Source: Thermoanaerobaculia bacterium
GTDB lineage: Bacteria; Acidobacteriota; Thermoanaerobaculia; Multivoradales; UBA5704
Length of the DNA: 60,182 nucleotides
Reading direction: 5' to 3'
NCBI GenBank assembly: GCA_044226625.1
Contig: JBGAGQ010000037.1
Coordinates: 1-60,182 of the forward strand
The notes beneath the pieces were generated by a model that had not been told where the DNA came from, ran no database searches, and saw only the letters and a program-made list of their open reading frames with translations. This document shows positions 17,187-29,352 of this stretch, piece after piece (position 1 is the first letter of the stretch; the number at the start of each line of letters is the position of its first letter). A program made the translations under genes and the position numbers.

Positions 17187-19231
17187 CTCGCGGCTCCCTC
17201 TCGGGCCGGGAGAGCCTCGGCGGCTTCGGCCCAACGTTCGGTGATCGTGAAGCGCTCCATCGTCATGGCGTCGGTCGGACAGCGGATGGCGCAGAGGCCG
17301 CATCGAATACAGCGGTCGTCGTCCTTGATCATCGCGGCGAGCGGCAAGCCGTCCGCCGCGGCGCGCTCGGACAGCGCCTGCCGTTCGTCCTCCGGCAGAT
17401 CGAGTTCGGACAGCGGCACGATCGCCAGGCAGTACTCCGGGCAGGCGTCGACGCAGCGGCTGCAGAGGACGCAGAGCTCCGGGTCGTAGATCGTCTGGAC
17501 GTGGCAGACCAGGCAGCGCGCCGCCTGCTCGCGCGCGGCCTCGGCGTCGTAGCCGGTCTCGACCTCGGCGATGCCGGTGCGTCGCCCGACGTCGAGCGTC
17601 GGCGGCACCTCGCGGTCGAACAGCTCGAAGCCGGCCGCCATCCGGTAGCGGGAGGTCGGGATCTTCTCGATCTCGAGCAGCGCCTCGATCCGCGGCGGCT
17701 CCTCCGCTCCGAGACCGGCCAGGTGCTCGTGGATCGAGCGCGCCGCGAGCTTGCCGTTCGCGACCGCCTCGATCAGGTTGCGCGGCCCGAACGCGACGTC
17801 GCCGCCCGCGAACACGCCCGGGGCCGACGTGGCGAGCGTCTTCGGATCGACGCGGATCGTGCCGCCCGGCGTGAGCTCGACGCCGTCCTCGGGGCGGAGG
17901 AACGAGAGGTCGGCCCGCTGGCCGATCGCGAGGATGCAGGCGTCGGCCGGGATCGTGATGCAGTCGCTCGGGTCGTACGCCGGAGCGAAGCGTCCGGCGT
18001 CGTCGAACACCGCGGTCACCTTCTTGAGCTCGATCGCTTCGAGCCGGCGCTCGCCGAGGAATCGTTGCGGACCGCGCCGGGTGAGGAAGTGGACCCCCTC
18101 CTTCTGCGCTTCGACCAGCTCCTCGTGCCCCTGCGTGGTCTTGAGCACGGGCATCTCTTCGAACTGCTCGAGCGAGACGATCGTGACCTCGGCGGCTCCG
18201 CCGCGCAGCGCCGCGCGCGCCGAGTCGAACGCCTCTTTGACCCGCGCGTCCGCCGCGCCGGCCCCTTCGGCCGCTTCGACGTGACGCTCCAGCTCGTCGA
18301 CTTCCTCTTCGCTCTCGAGGTGTCCGAGGCGCAGCGCCGTGCGCGCCGCGTCGAAGGCGACGAATCCGCCGCCCACCACGACCACGCGCCGGCCGAGATC
18401 CATCCGGAATCCGCGGTTGACGTTCAACAGGTAGTCGACCGCCTTGACCACCCCGTCGAGCTCGACGCCGGGAATCGCGAGATCGCGCCCCGCCGAGACG
18501 CCGACCGAGAGGAAGGTCGCTTCGAAACCCTGCTCGCGCAGCGCGGAAAGGCCGAAGTCGGCCGAGAGCGGAGCGTTCAACCGAAGCGTCGCGCCGAGCG
18601 CGAGAATCTTGTCGATCTCGGAGCGGATCAACGTCCGCGGCAGGCGGTACTCGGGGATGCCGAAACGCATCATGCCGCCGGGCTCGGCGGCGGATTCGAA
18701 GACCGTCACCGCGTACCCGAGCAGCGCGAGGTCGTGCGCCGCCGCGAGCCCCGCGGGGCCGGCGCCGATCACCGCGACCTTGCGCTCGCGTCCCGATGAA
18801 GTGCTTCCCCGAGGGCTTTCCGCAACGTCCTGGCCGACGACCGGAAAGAGCGTCCGGACCGGCCCCGTCGACGAGTGCCCGGGGTAGCGGTTTCCTTCGC
18901 CGAACCCTTCGCGGAACAGGCGATCCTGCGTGTCCGGGCGGATCGACTCGACGCCGAAGCGCTCGGTGACATAGCGCTTGAGCGCGCGAATCGAGACCGG
19001 GGCGTCGATCGCGCCACGGCGGCAGGCGTCTTCACAGGGGGCGGCACAGACGCGCCCGCAGACCGAGGCGAACGGGTTCGGCGAGCGCGCGACGAGGAAC
19101 GCGTCCTCGAGGCGACCCTCCGCGATCAACTGCACGTAGCGCCCGGCATCGGTGCGAACCGGGCAGCCGGTCTGGCACTTCACTTGGCGCTGCCAAGCCG
19201 AAAGGTCGGGTGCCTTCGCGCGTACGCTCAT
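17183..19231 (-). CDS. Cytoplasmic FAD/NAD(P)H oxidoreductase with N- and C-terminal Fe-S domains (GltD/NfnB/DsrL-like architecture)
   Basis: CQTGCP, CGRVCAAPCEDAC; GAGPAG and GGGFVA Rossmann motifs; ARCLVC; two CxxCxxCxxxCP motifs; no signal peptide. Confidence 0.92.
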   Translation of the reverse strand: MSVRAKAPDLSAWQRQVKCQTGCPVRTDAGRYVQLIAEGRLEDAFLVARSPNPFASVCGRVCAAPCEDACRRGAIDAPVSIRALKRYVTERFGVESIRPDTQDRLFREGFGEGNRYPGHSSTGPVRTLFPVVGQDVAESPRGSTSSGRERKVAVIGAGPAGLAAAHDLALLGYAVTVFESAAEPGGMMRFGIPEYRLPRTLIRSEIDKILALGATLRLNAPLSADFGLSALREQGFEATFLSVGVSAGRDLAIPGVELDGVVKAVDYLLNVNRGFRMDLGRRVVVVGGGFVAFDAARTALRLGHLESEEEVDELERHVEAAEGAGAADARVKEAFDSARAALRGGAAEVTIVSLEQFEEMPVLKTTQGHEELVEAQKEGVHFLTRRGPQRFLGERRLEAIELKKVTAVFDDAGRFAPAYDPSDCITIPADACILAIGQRADLSFLRPEDGVELTPGGTIRVDPKTLATSAPGVFAGGDVAFGPRNLIEAVANGKLAARSIHEHLAGLGAEEPPRIEALLEIEKIPTSRYRMAAGFELFDREVPPTLDVGRRTGIAEVETGYDAEAAREQAARCLVCHVQTIYDPELCVLCSRCVDACPEYCLAIVPLSELDLPEDERQALSERAAADGLPLAAMIKDDDRCIRCGLCAIRCPTDAMTMERFTITERWAEAAEALPAREGAAR

Positions 19232-19280
19232 CGAGGGTTTCTCTCGAGGCGAAACCTCTCGCGAGAGAACCCCGCCGGCC

Positions 19281-19296
19281 TATGACCGGCGTCATA
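19281..19296. promoter_or_regulatory. Crp/Fnr-type box upstream of the oxidoreductase-Rieske-cytb-cytc-nos operon
   Basis: Perfect palindrome TATGAC-CGGC-GTCATA about 50 nt upstream of ATG 19231; FNR-box geometry. Confidence 0.75.
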
Positions 19297-19371
19297 CCCC
19301 GAGCCCCGGAACCGCTTTCCGCGGCACGCCGACGGGGAGGTGTGGGCCTACCCCTTGGGGCGGTTGACGAA

Positions 19372-20055
19372 TCAGCCCTGCGCGATGTCGCTCAGAGCGT
19401 CGCGATCGAGCAGGAGAAACCCTTCGGGCTCGGTGCGGACGATCCCGTCCTTGCCCCACCGGCTCATCACCCGAATGGCGGTCTCGATCGTCGTGCCGCA
19501 GAGATCGGCGAGCTCCTGGCGGGAGAGGCGTACCGGCACGAACAGCCCGTCGGCCCGCCGTTCGCTCTCCGTCTCCGCAAGACCGAGGATCGAGCGCGCG
19601 ATCCTCGCTTCGACCCGCAACCCGGTCAGGTCGGACAGCCGCGCGGTCAGCTCCACCAGGCGGAGCGAGAAGCCCGAGAGAAGCCCGCGCACGAGCGAGG
19701 GATGGGCATCGAGCGCGGCCAGGAACGCGTCGCGCTCGAACCCGATACAGGTTGCGTCGACGAGCGCGATCGCCGCCGCGGGAAACGGCCTCGCTTCGAA
19801 GACCGCCACGGCGCCCACGGGATCGCCCGGTCCGAACAGGTCGAGGATCAGATCGCGACCGCTCGGCGTCGACTTGACGACTTTGATCCGGCCGGTGACG
19901 ACGAGGTAGAGGACGAGCGACGGATCCCCTTCGCGGAACAACACCTGGCCTCGCGCGAACGTCTCCAGGCGAGCAAGCCCGGCGAGCCGCGCACGATCCT
20001 CCGCGGCCAAGCGTCGAAACATCGGCACCCGGGCGATCTCGTCCTCGAGCGTCAT
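19372..20055 (-). CDS. Crp/Fnr-family regulator (DNR/HcpR-like, no N-terminal Fe-S Cys cluster)
   Basis: cNMP-like domain LFREGDP...GRIKV; HTH LSRQELADLCGTTIETAIRVMS; GGAGG SD. Confidence 0.92.
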   Translation of the reverse strand: MTLEDEIARVPMFRRLAAEDRARLAGLARLETFARGQVLFREGDPSLVLYLVVTGRIKVVKSTPSGRDLILDLFGPGDPVGAVAVFEARPFPAAAIALVDATCIGFERDAFLAALDAHPSLVRGLLSGFSLRLVELTARLSDLTGLRVEARIARSILGLAETESERRADGLFVPVRLSRQELADLCGTTIETAIRVMSRWGKDGIVRTEPEGFLLLDRDALSDIAQG

Positions 20056-20083
20056 CCTCGTCCTCCCCGCGAAACCCGACGAT

Positions 20084-20125
20084 ATGACGGGGATCATGCA
20101 CGCCTCGCGCGGCCCGCGCTAGGGT
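20084..20125 (+). promoter_or_regulatory. Second Crp/Fnr-type box with class II promoter geometry for ric
   Basis: ATGAC-GGGG-ATCAT (20084-97), then TAGGGT -10 at 20120-25, placing the box centre near -41.5. Confidence 0.7.
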
Positions 20126-20164
20126 CCTCTCGATCGAGCCTTTGACGAAACGAGGAGACGCGCC

Positions 20165-20902
20165 ATGACCCCATTCCAAACCGACCAACCCGTGGGCGAC
20201 ATCGTCGCCCGGTTCCCCGGCGCGAGCCGGCTGTTCGAGCGTCACGCCATCGACTACTGCTGCGGCGGCCGGACCTCGCTCGATGACGCCTGCGCCGAAC
20301 GCGGCCTCGAGCCCGGAGCGATCCTCGCGGAGATCGAAGCCGCCCGTGCCACCGCCCCCGCCGTCGATCGCCGCGACTGGACGACGGCCCCGATCTCGGA
20401 GCTGATCGACCACATCCTCGTCGCGTACCACGCGCCGCTCCGCGAAGACCTCGCCCACCTCACCCGCCTTTCGAGCCGAGCGCTCACGGCCCACGGCGAC
20501 GATCGGCTCCCCATGACCAGGCTCTGCCGCGTGCTCGGAGACCTCCGCGCCGAGCTCGAATCGCACCTCCTCAAGGAAGAGATCGTCCTCTTCCCGGCAG
20601 CCGGACGCCTCGCAGCGGCAGCCGCGGCACCCTCCTCTGGCGTGAGGGTCGCCGAACCCTGCGGCTCGATCGCCGTCCCGATCCAGGCCATGGAGCACGA
20701 GCACGCCGACGCGAGCGCCCAGCTCGCCGCCCTCCGCGAAATGACCGGCGGCTACGCCGTCCCCTCCTGGGCCTGCCCCACGTTGACCGAGCTGATCCAA
20801 GGCCTCCAGAAGCTCGAGGAGGATCTCCACCGGCACATCCACCTGGAGAACGAGGTCCTGTTTCCGCGGACTTTGGAGCTGACGTCGCGGAACGCGGGCT
20901 AG
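20165..20902 (+). CDS. ric: Iron-sulfur cluster repair di-iron protein (RIC/YtfE/ScdA)
   Basis: IDYCCGG; hemerythrin ligands HLLKEE..LFP, MEHEH, HIHLENEVLFP. Confidence 0.95.
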   Translation: MTPFQTDQPVGDIVARFPGASRLFERHAIDYCCGGRTSLDDACAERGLEPGAILAEIEAARATAPAVDRRDWTTAPISELIDHILVAYHAPLREDLAHLTRLSSRALTAHGDDRLPMTRLCRVLGDLRAELESHLLKEEIVLFPAAGRLAAAAAAPSSGVRVAEPCGSIAVPIQAMEHEHADASAQLAALREMTGGYAVPSWACPTLTELIQGLQKLEEDLHRHIHLENEVLFPRTLELTSRNAG

Positions 20903-21043
20903 ACGGCCGGCCGCGCGAGCCCCTTCGCCGCGCGGCCGATCGAGGCTCCCGATCGGGCGGAGGATTCCTCTGAGCATCTCGGACCGGACGCGATACAATT
21001 TCTCGCGTTCGTATCCAAGGATTCTCCCCCGGTCAGGAGTCCT

Positions 21044-22589
21044 ATGCCGCGACCCAAAGCCACACCTGTAGACGCCCCCTCCCCGCTCGGCTTCGAGGCG
21101 AAGCTCTGGGCCGCCGCGGACGCCCTGCGCAACAACATGGACGCGGCGGAGTACAAGCACGTCGTCCTCGGGTTGATCTTCTTGAAGTACATCTCGGACG
21201 CGTTCGAGGCGAAGCACGCCGAGCTCGAAGCGCAGACCGCCGAGGGGGCCGATCCGGAAGACCCGGACGAGTACCGCGCCGCGAGCATCTTCTGGGTGCC
21301 GATGGAGGCGCGCTGGTCGCACCTCAAAGCGAGCGCTCCGCAGCCGACGATCGGCGAGGTCGTGGACGGCGCGATGGCGGCGATCGAGCGCGACAACCCG
21401 ACGCTCAAGGGGGTATTGCCGAAGGAGTACGCCCGCCCGGGGCTCGACAAGCAGCGCCTAGGACAGATCGTGAATCTCGTCTCGGATATTGCGCTCGTCG
21501 ACAGCGTCTCGAAATCGAAGGACCTGCTCGGAAAAATCTTCGAATATTTCTTGAAACAGTTCGCCAGCGCTGAGGGGAAGAAAAGCGGCCAGTTCTACAC
21601 ACCTGAGCACGTGGTGCATCTGCTGGTCACGATGCTCGCCCCGTACAAGGGGCGGGTTTACGACCCCTGCTGCGGATCGGGTGGGATGTTCGTTCAGAGC
21701 GAGAAGTTCATCGAGGCGCACGCGGGCAAGCTCGACGACCTTTCGATTTTCGGCCAGGAGAGCAACTACACGACCTGGCGACTCGCCAAGATGAATCTCG
21801 CGATCCGCGGTATCGACGCGCGGATCGAGCACGGAGACTCGTTCCACAACCATCGCCATCCGGACCTGAAGGCGGACTACGTGCTCGCGAACCCTCCGTT
21901 CAACGACAGCGACTGGCGCGGGGAGCTGCTGGCGAAAGACCCGCGTTGGGTCTACGGGCAACCGCCCGCGGGGAACGCGAACTTTGCGTGGGTGCAGCAC
22001 TTCCTCTACCACCTCGCGCCGAACGGCATCGCGGGCTTCGTGCTCGCGAACGGCTCGATGTCGACGAATCAATCGGGCGAGGGAGAGATCCGCAAGGCTA
22101 TCCTCGAAGCCGATCTCGTGGACTGCATGGTGGCGCTGCCCGGGCAGCTCTTCTATTCGACGCAGATTCCGGTGTGCCTGTGGTTCCTCGCGCGGGGGCG
22201 ACAGAACGGACGGTTCCGCGACCGGCGCGGGAAGACGCTTTTCATCAACGCACGCAAGATGGGCACGATGGTCGATCGCGTGCATCGCGAGCTGACCGAC
22301 GGGGACATCGCGCGCATCGCCGGGACCTACCACGCCTGGCGCGGCGACCCGGGCGCGGGGGAGTATGAGGACGTGGCGGGGTTCTGCAAGAGCGCGACGA
22401 TCGATGAGATCCGTTCTCACGGGCATGTGTTGACGCCGGGTCGGTATGTCGGTACTGCGCCGCTGGAGGAGGATGAGGAGCCGTTCGAAGAGAAAATGCG
22501 GCGGCTGGCGGCGACGTTGCGGGAGCTGCAGGCGGATGTGGCGAGACTAGATAAGGAGATCGCCGCAAACTTGAAGGAGCTTGGGTTTG

Positions 22590-22597
<8 letters not shown>
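21044..22597 (+). CDS. hsdM: Type I R-M methyltransferase subunit (m6A)
   Basis: [21 protein letters not shown]; N-terminal LWAAADALR. Confidence 0.97.
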
Positions 22598-23900
<1,303 letters not shown>

Positions 23901-23910
23901 TGGCGCAAAT

Positions 23911-24954
23911 ATGCGACTGCACATTCACCGTAGTCAGTTCGAGGCATGCCCTCCCTATAACGACTGGCTGGATCGAAACCATGCCAATGAATACGGAACG
24001 CTCGACATCCACGGATTCCAGCCTCGACCGAGTGAAGTTCTTTTCATTTTGAGCCCCGATACTTATCAGGCAGCCTTCGAGGACTTTCAGAGAGAATGGG
24101 AGGAAGATCTTAAAGAGAGGGTCTTCACCGCCTTCCCATCGCCAATTGCTCACTACTTCTACCGCTTTGTAACCGGCTATGAAAGCGACCTCCAACGATT
24201 GCACTTCCTGCGTGATACATGGGAGTCAATTGTGGATATTCTTCACGCGATCGCGATTTCTGAATGCAGACATATTGGCTTGTCGCTCGCCGAGCCCATG
24301 AAGTTTTCAGATCTCATGTCGGACAAGATGTCACTACGCTTGTTGAACATAGAGCGAATCATCCTCGCGGGAGAGAGCGCCGGCCGTACATTGAAGATTG
24401 CGGGAATTGTGTCTACCGCTACGCTCGAGAAGATGCGCGAACTGAATCAGACCAGAAACGCCTTTTCCCACGGCGCGGCTCTGTCTGAAGCCCAAGCACG
24501 AGTTTGGATTTCGGAATGCTATGCAGACGTTATCGACGTGCTCGACGATATTGTCGGTCTGGCCGATGTTGAAGTTTGGCGATACTTCGGCCAGTCGGAT
24601 GGAAATACTTTGCGCTGTGAGACATTCCGCGGTCACGGATTGACGCGCACTATTAAGAGTATGTCCTTGAGTCCAACTCAAGTTGCCGAATCGCGACAGT
24701 ATTTTCAACAGGGTCAGATCCTTGTCTCTTGCGCTGGGGACCTTTTCAGCCTCCGCCCGCTTGTTTACTTCAAGGAAGATACGTCGGGGCACATGACCAA
24801 GCTGTGCGTCTACCGCCGCACACATGGAGATACGTCGGGCCGAAAGGTGGAATATGAGATCGTTGGTGAAGGATCCCGCCTGAGCGAGGACCGAGCCACA
24901 GTCCAGTCTGACATTAACGATCTTCGATCCTTGTTCGGCCTTTCTCCGGAGTAG
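23911..24954 (+). CDS. Hypothetical protein with HEPN-like RNxxxH motif, inserted between hsdS and hsdR
   Basis: 347 aa, visibly lower GC; [12 protein letters not shown] (RNAFSH at 24454-24471); 10 nt after hsdS and 4 nt before hsdR. Confidence 0.8.
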   Translation: MRLHIHRSQFEACPPYNDWLDRNHANEYGTLDIHGFQPRPSEVLFILSPDTYQAAFEDFQREWEEDLKERVFTAFPSPIAHYFYRFVTGYESDLQRLHFLRDTWESIVDILHAIAISECRHIGLSLAEPMKFSDLMSDKMSLRLLNIERIILAGESAGRTLKIAGIVSTATLEKMRELNQTRNAFSHGAALSEAQARVWISECYADVIDVLDDIVGLADVEVWRYFGQSDGNTLRCETFRGHGLTRTIKSMSLSPTQVAESRQYFQQGQILVSCAGDLFSLRPLVYFKEDTSGHMTKLCVYRRTHGDTSGRKVEYEIVGEGSRLSEDRATVQSDINDLRSLFGLSPE

Positions 24955-24958
24955 GGAA

Positions 24959-27900
24959 ATGACCACCTTCTCCGAATCCCTCGTCGAAGAGGCCGCCCTC
25001 GGCTGGCTCGCCGACCTGGGCTACACCGTCCTGCACGGAACCGAAATCTCCGTCGGCGCCCTCTACGCCGAGCGCCACGATGCCGCCTATCGCGACGTCC
25101 TCTTACTGGGCCGGCTGCGCGATGCCCTAGCCCGTCTCAATCCCGATCTTCCACCCGAGGCCCTCGACGACGCGTACCGCAAGCTCACCCTCTTGAGCGG
25201 GCCCTCTCTGATCGAACGCAACCGAGACCTGCATCGCCTGCTGGTCAATGGCGTCAACGTCGAATACCGCCGCCCGGACGGCTCGATCGGCGGCGGGCAG
25301 GCGCAGGTGCTCGACTTCGACGATGCGGAGCGAAACGACTGGCTCGCCGTGAACCAGTTCACCGTCTCAGAAACGCACCACACCCGCCGGCCCGACGTCG
25401 TCCTGTTCGTGAACGGCCTTCCCCTAGCCGTGATCGAGCTCAAGAACGCCGCCGACGAGAAAGCTACCGTCGCCTCCGCGATCCGGCAGCTCCAGACCTA
25501 CCAGGAACAGATCCCCTCCCTCTTCAACACGAACGCCCTCCTCGTCGCCTCCGACGGTACCCAGGCGCGCGTTGGCTCGCTCGGCGCCGGCCACGAATGG
25601 TTCAAGCCGTGGCGGACGATCGAGGGCCAAGGAGACGCGCCTTCGTCGATGTCCGAGCTGCACGTCCTCCTCGAAGGCGTCTTCGAAAAGCGGAGGTTCC
25701 TCGACCTCGTCCGCTACTTCGTCGTCTTCGAGGACGGAGGCACCGGAAAGCTCGCGAAGAAGGTCGCGGGCTATCACCAGTTCCACGCCGTCAACGTCGC
25801 CGTCGAAGAGACCCTGCGCGCGGCCGTCACTCAATCTCTCCCGTCGATGATCCGCGAGACGCCGGGCCGCTACGGCGCGGGCCCGGGACCGGGCGGTGAC
25901 CGGGGCGATCGGCGCGTCGGCGTCGTCTGGCACACCCAAGGATCCGGCAAGAGTCTCACCATGGCGTTTTACGCCGGGCGCGTGATCCTCCATCCGGCGA
26001 TGGAGAACCCGACGATCGTCGTGCTCACCGACCGCAACGACCTCGACGATCAACTGTTCGGCACCTTTGCCCGCTGCCGCGACCTGCTGCGCCAGCCGCC
26101 GGTCCAGGCCGCGGATCGCGCCGACTTGCGTGCCAAGCTCACGGTCGCCTCGGGCGGAGTGGTCTTCACCACGATCCAGAAGTTCTTCCCCGAAGAGAAA
26201 GGGGACCGCCACCCGATCCTCTCCGAGCGGCGAAACGTCGTCGTCATCGCCGACGAGGCCCACCGAAGCCAGTACGACTTCGTCGACGGGTTCGCCCGGC
26301 ACATGCGGGATGCGCTCCCCAACGCCTCGTTCGTCGGCTTCACCGGTACGCCGATCGAGAAGGCCGACGCCAACACCCGCGCCGTTTTCGGCGACTACAT
26401 CAGCATCTATGACATCCCCCGCGCCGTCGCCGACGGTGCCACGGTCCCGATTTACTACGAAAACCGCCTTGCCAAACTGGAGCTGCTCGAAAGCGAGAAG
26501 CCGAACATCGACCCCGACTTCGAGGAGGCGACCGAGGGCGAAGAGGTCGAGCGCAAAGAAAAGCTCAAGAGCAAGTGGGCGCAGCTCGAAGCCGTGGTCG
26601 GCGCCGACGCGCGGCTCGATCGCCTGGCGCGCGATCTCGTCGAGCACTACGAGCGCCGGTGCGAGGCGCTCGACGGCAAAGCGATGGTCGTCACCATGAG
26701 CCGGCGCATCGCCGTCGAGCTCTATCGGAAGCTCGTCGCCCTGCGACCGGAATGGCACGCGGACGGAGACGAGAGCGGCGCGCTCAAAGTGATCATGACC
26801 GGCTCGGCCTCCGACCCGCTCGAATGGCAGCCGCACATCCGCACCAAGGCGCGGCGCGAGGCGCTCGCGAAGCGCTTCCGCGATCCCGCCGATCCGTTCC
26901 GCATCGTGATCGTGCGCGACATGTGGCTTACCGGCTTCGACGCCCCGAGCCTCGCCACCCTGTACGCCGACAAGCCGATGCAGGGGCACGGCCTCATGCA
27001 GGCGATCGCGCGGGTCAACCGCGTCTTCAAAGACAAGCCGGGCGGCCTCGTCGTCGATTACCTGGGGCTCTCGAACGAGCTCAAAAAAGCGGTCGCCACT
27101 TACACCGAAGCGGGCGGCACCGGCCAGGCAAAGCACGATCAGGCCGACGCGGTCGCGGTGATGCTCGAAAAGTACGAGATCTGCCTCGGGCTGTTCCACG
27201 GCTTCGATTGGAGCGCGTGGCATACGGGCACGCCGCAGCAGCGCCTCTCGCTCCTCCCCGGGGCGCAGGAGCACGTGCTGGCGCTCGACGACGGCAAGAG
27301 CCGGATCCTGCGCGCCGTCGACGATCTGTCCAAGGCCTTCGCCCTCGCCGTGCCGCACGACGAGGCGCTGCGTATCCGCGACGACGTCGGCTTCTTCCAG
27401 GCCGTGCGGGCGGTGATCGCCAAACGCGCGCCGGGCGAACGGAAGTCCGACGAAGAGATCGAGCATGCGATCCGGCAGATCGTTTCCAAGGCCGTCGTTT
27501 CGGACGAAGTCGTCGACATATTCGCCGCCGCCGGCCTGAAGAAGCCCGATATCTCGATCCTCTCGGACGAGTTCCTCGCCGAGGTGCGCGACATGCCGCG
27601 GCGGAACCTGGCGGTCGAGCTGCTCCAGAAGCTCCTCAAAGGAGAGATCCGCACCCGTCAGCGGCGGAACGTCGTCCAGGCGCGCTCGTTCGCCGAGCTG
27701 CTCGAGCAGGCGATCCGCCGCTACCAGAACCGCGCGATCGAAGCGGCGAAGGTGATCGAAGAGCTGATCCAGATGGCGAAGGACCTGCGCGCCGCCGACG
27801 CTCGCGGCGAGACGCTCGGGCTCTCGGACGACGAGCTTGCCTTCTACGACGCGCTCGAAACGAACGACAGCGCGGTGCAAGTTCTCGGCGACGAGGCCCT

Positions 27901-28108
27901 CCGCGCGATCGCCCGCGAGCTGGTGGCGACCGTGCGCAAGAACGTCACCATCGACTGGACGATCCGCGACAACGTGCGCGCCCAGCTCCGCGTGCTGGTG
28001 AAGCGGATCCTGCGGAAGTACGGCTACCCGCCGGACAAACAGGAGAAAGCGACCCAGACCGTGCTCGAACAGGCGGAGGTCCTGTCGGAAGCTTGGACCG
28101 TCGCATAG
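24959..28108 (+). CDS. hsdR: Type I R-M restriction subunit
   Basis: RPD...IELK nuclease motif; HTQGSGKS; DEAH; FTGTP; MQAIARVNR. Confidence 0.97.
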   Translation: MTTFSESLVEEAALGWLADLGYTVLHGTEISVGALYAERHDAAYRDVLLLGRLRDALARLNPDLPPEALDDAYRKLTLLSGPSLIERNRDLHRLLVNGVNVEYRRPDGSIGGGQAQVLDFDDAERNDWLAVNQFTVSETHHTRRPDVVLFVNGLPLAVIELKNAADEKATVASAIRQLQTYQEQIPSLFNTNALLVASDGTQARVGSLGAGHEWFKPWRTIEGQGDAPSSMSELHVLLEGVFEKRRFLDLVRYFVVFEDGGTGKLAKKVAGYHQFHAVNVAVEETLRAAVTQSLPSMIRETPGRYGAGPGPGGDRGDRRVGVVWHTQGSGKSLTMAFYAGRVILHPAMENPTIVVLTDRNDLDDQLFGTFARCRDLLRQPPVQAADRADLRAKLTVASGGVVFTTIQKFFPEEKGDRHPILSERRNVVVIADEAHRSQYDFVDGFARHMRDALPNASFVGFTGTPIEKADANTRAVFGDYISIYDIPRAVADGATVPIYYENRLAKLELLESEKPNIDPDFEEATEGEEVERKEKLKSKWAQLEAVVGADARLDRLARDLVEHYERRCEALDGKAMVVTMSRRIAVELYRKLVALRPEWHADGDESGALKVIMTGSASDPLEWQPHIRTKARREALAKRFRDPADPFRIVIVRDMWLTGFDAPSLATLYADKPMQGHGLMQAIARVNRVFKDKPGGLVVDYLGLSNELKKAVATYTEAGGTGQAKHDQADAVAVMLEKYEICLGLFHGFDWSAWHTGTPQQRLSLLPGAQEHVLALDDGKSRILRAVDDLSKAFALAVPHDEALRIRDDVGFFQAVRAVIAKRAPGERKSDEEIEHAIRQIVSKAVVSDEVVDIFAAAGLKKPDISILSDEFLAEVRDMPRRNLAVELLQKLLKGEIRTRQRRNVVQARSFAELLEQAIRRYQNRAIEAAKVIEELIQMAKDLRAADARGETLGLSDDELAFYDALETNDSAVQVLGDEALRAIARELVATVRKNVTIDWTIRDNVRAQLRVLVKRILRKYGYPPDKQEKATQTVLEQAEVLSEAWTVA

Positions 28109-28152
28109 GCGGCCCGGTACGCGGCGCCCGAGGTCCCATGGTAGCCTCCGAC

Positions 28153-29340
28153 GTGCCCGTTCCCTCCCGTTCCTCTTCTTCCCTGCTCGGCCTGGTGGCG
28201 ACCTGCGCGCTCGGGCTCGAGGATTTCGTTGCGGCCGAGCTCGCCGGGCTCGGCATGGCGGGGATCGAAAAGAGCCGCGGCGCGGTCGCGTTCCATGGCG
28301 GATGGGACGAGGTGTACCGCGCGAATTGGCGGCTGCGTACGGCGAATCGGGTCCTGGTCGAGATTTCGAGCTTCGAGGGGGCCGACGGCGATGCGCTGTA
28401 CCGGGGGGCCAAGGGGCTCGTCGGCCGGGCCGGACGCCCCGGCGCTCCTCGTTGGCTGGCTGAGCTGTTCCATCCCGATCGATCGTTCGCGATCCATGCG
28501 ACGGCCGCGGTCTCGGAGATCCGCGACTCGCGGTGGGCCGCGCTCAAGGTGAAGGACGGGATCGTCGACGCCCAACGGGATCGCTACGGCCGGCGCGGCA
28601 ACGTGCAGAAGGACGATCCCGACGTCTCGTTCCGCCTGCGACTCCACGAGGACCAAGCGACGTTGCTCCTCGATACTTCCGGCGAGCCGCTCGACCGTCG
28701 CGGTTATCGATTGGACGCGGGGACCGCTCCGGTCCGCGAGCACCTCGCCGCGGCCTGCGCGATCGCCGCGGAATGGGATGGGAACGGGCCGATCGTCGAT
28801 CCGATGTGCGGCGCGGCGACGCTCTTGATCGAGGCAGCGGACCTCGCTCTCGGTCGTGCTCCGGGCCGGTTGCGGAAGGCCTTTGCCTTCGAGCACCTGC
28901 CCGGGTTCGAGCCGAGCCGTTATGCCCGGGTCCGCGCCGAGGTGATCCCATCGGTCGCCACGCCGGAGTGCCTCGCGCTCTACGGCAACGACCTCTCGGG
29001 CGCAACGCTCGCCGCCGCGACAAAGAACCTCGAGAGGGCCGATCTGCTCGGTTGCGCCCGGCTCACCCGCGGCGATGCGTTTGCCCTCGAAGCGCCCGCT
29101 CCCCCGCCGGGTCTCGTGGTCGTCAATCCGCCGCACGGCCACCGGCTCGCCGAGGCCGGCGCGCCCGACGACCTCTGGCGCCGGCTCGGGGATCTCCTCA
29201 AGCAGCGGTTCCGCGGCTACCGCGCCGTCGTCCTCGCGGGCGAGGACCGCGGCAAGGGGATCGGCCTCAAACCCAAGCGCAGGATCCCGGTCTGGAACGG
29301 TCCGCTCGAGGGTCGGATCCTGGTCTTCGACCTCTACTGA
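28153..29340 (+). CDS. THUMP-domain SAM-dependent RNA methyltransferase (RlmL-like)
   Basis: TCALGLE, LRTANRV, GEPLDRRGYR, DPMCGAATLLIE, NPPHG; start GTG 28153 or ATG 28138. Confidence 0.88.
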   Translation: MPVPSRSSSSLLGLVATCALGLEDFVAAELAGLGMAGIEKSRGAVAFHGGWDEVYRANWRLRTANRVLVEISSFEGADGDALYRGAKGLVGRAGRPGAPRWLAELFHPDRSFAIHATAAVSEIRDSRWAALKVKDGIVDAQRDRYGRRGNVQKDDPDVSFRLRLHEDQATLLLDTSGEPLDRRGYRLDAGTAPVREHLAAACAIAAEWDGNGPIVDPMCGAATLLIEAADLALGRAPGRLRKAFAFEHLPGFEPSRYARVRAEVIPSVATPECLALYGNDLSGATLAAATKNLERADLLGCARLTRGDAFALEAPAPPPGLVVVNPPHGHRLAEAGAPDDLWRRLGDLLKQRFRGYRAVVLAGEDRGKGIGLKPKRRIPVWNGPLEGRILVFDLY

Positions 29341-29352
29341 ATCGGAGCCCTG

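Noticed and set aside
17183-19231. Glutamate synthase small subunit or true DsrL
   Set aside because: No gltB or dsr genes nearby; extra C-terminal ferredoxin and coupling to the Rieske gene indicate another role
23911-24954. Calling the inserted gene prrC or rloC
   Set aside because: No Walker A/B or ABC signature; only the position and an RNxxxH motif are shared
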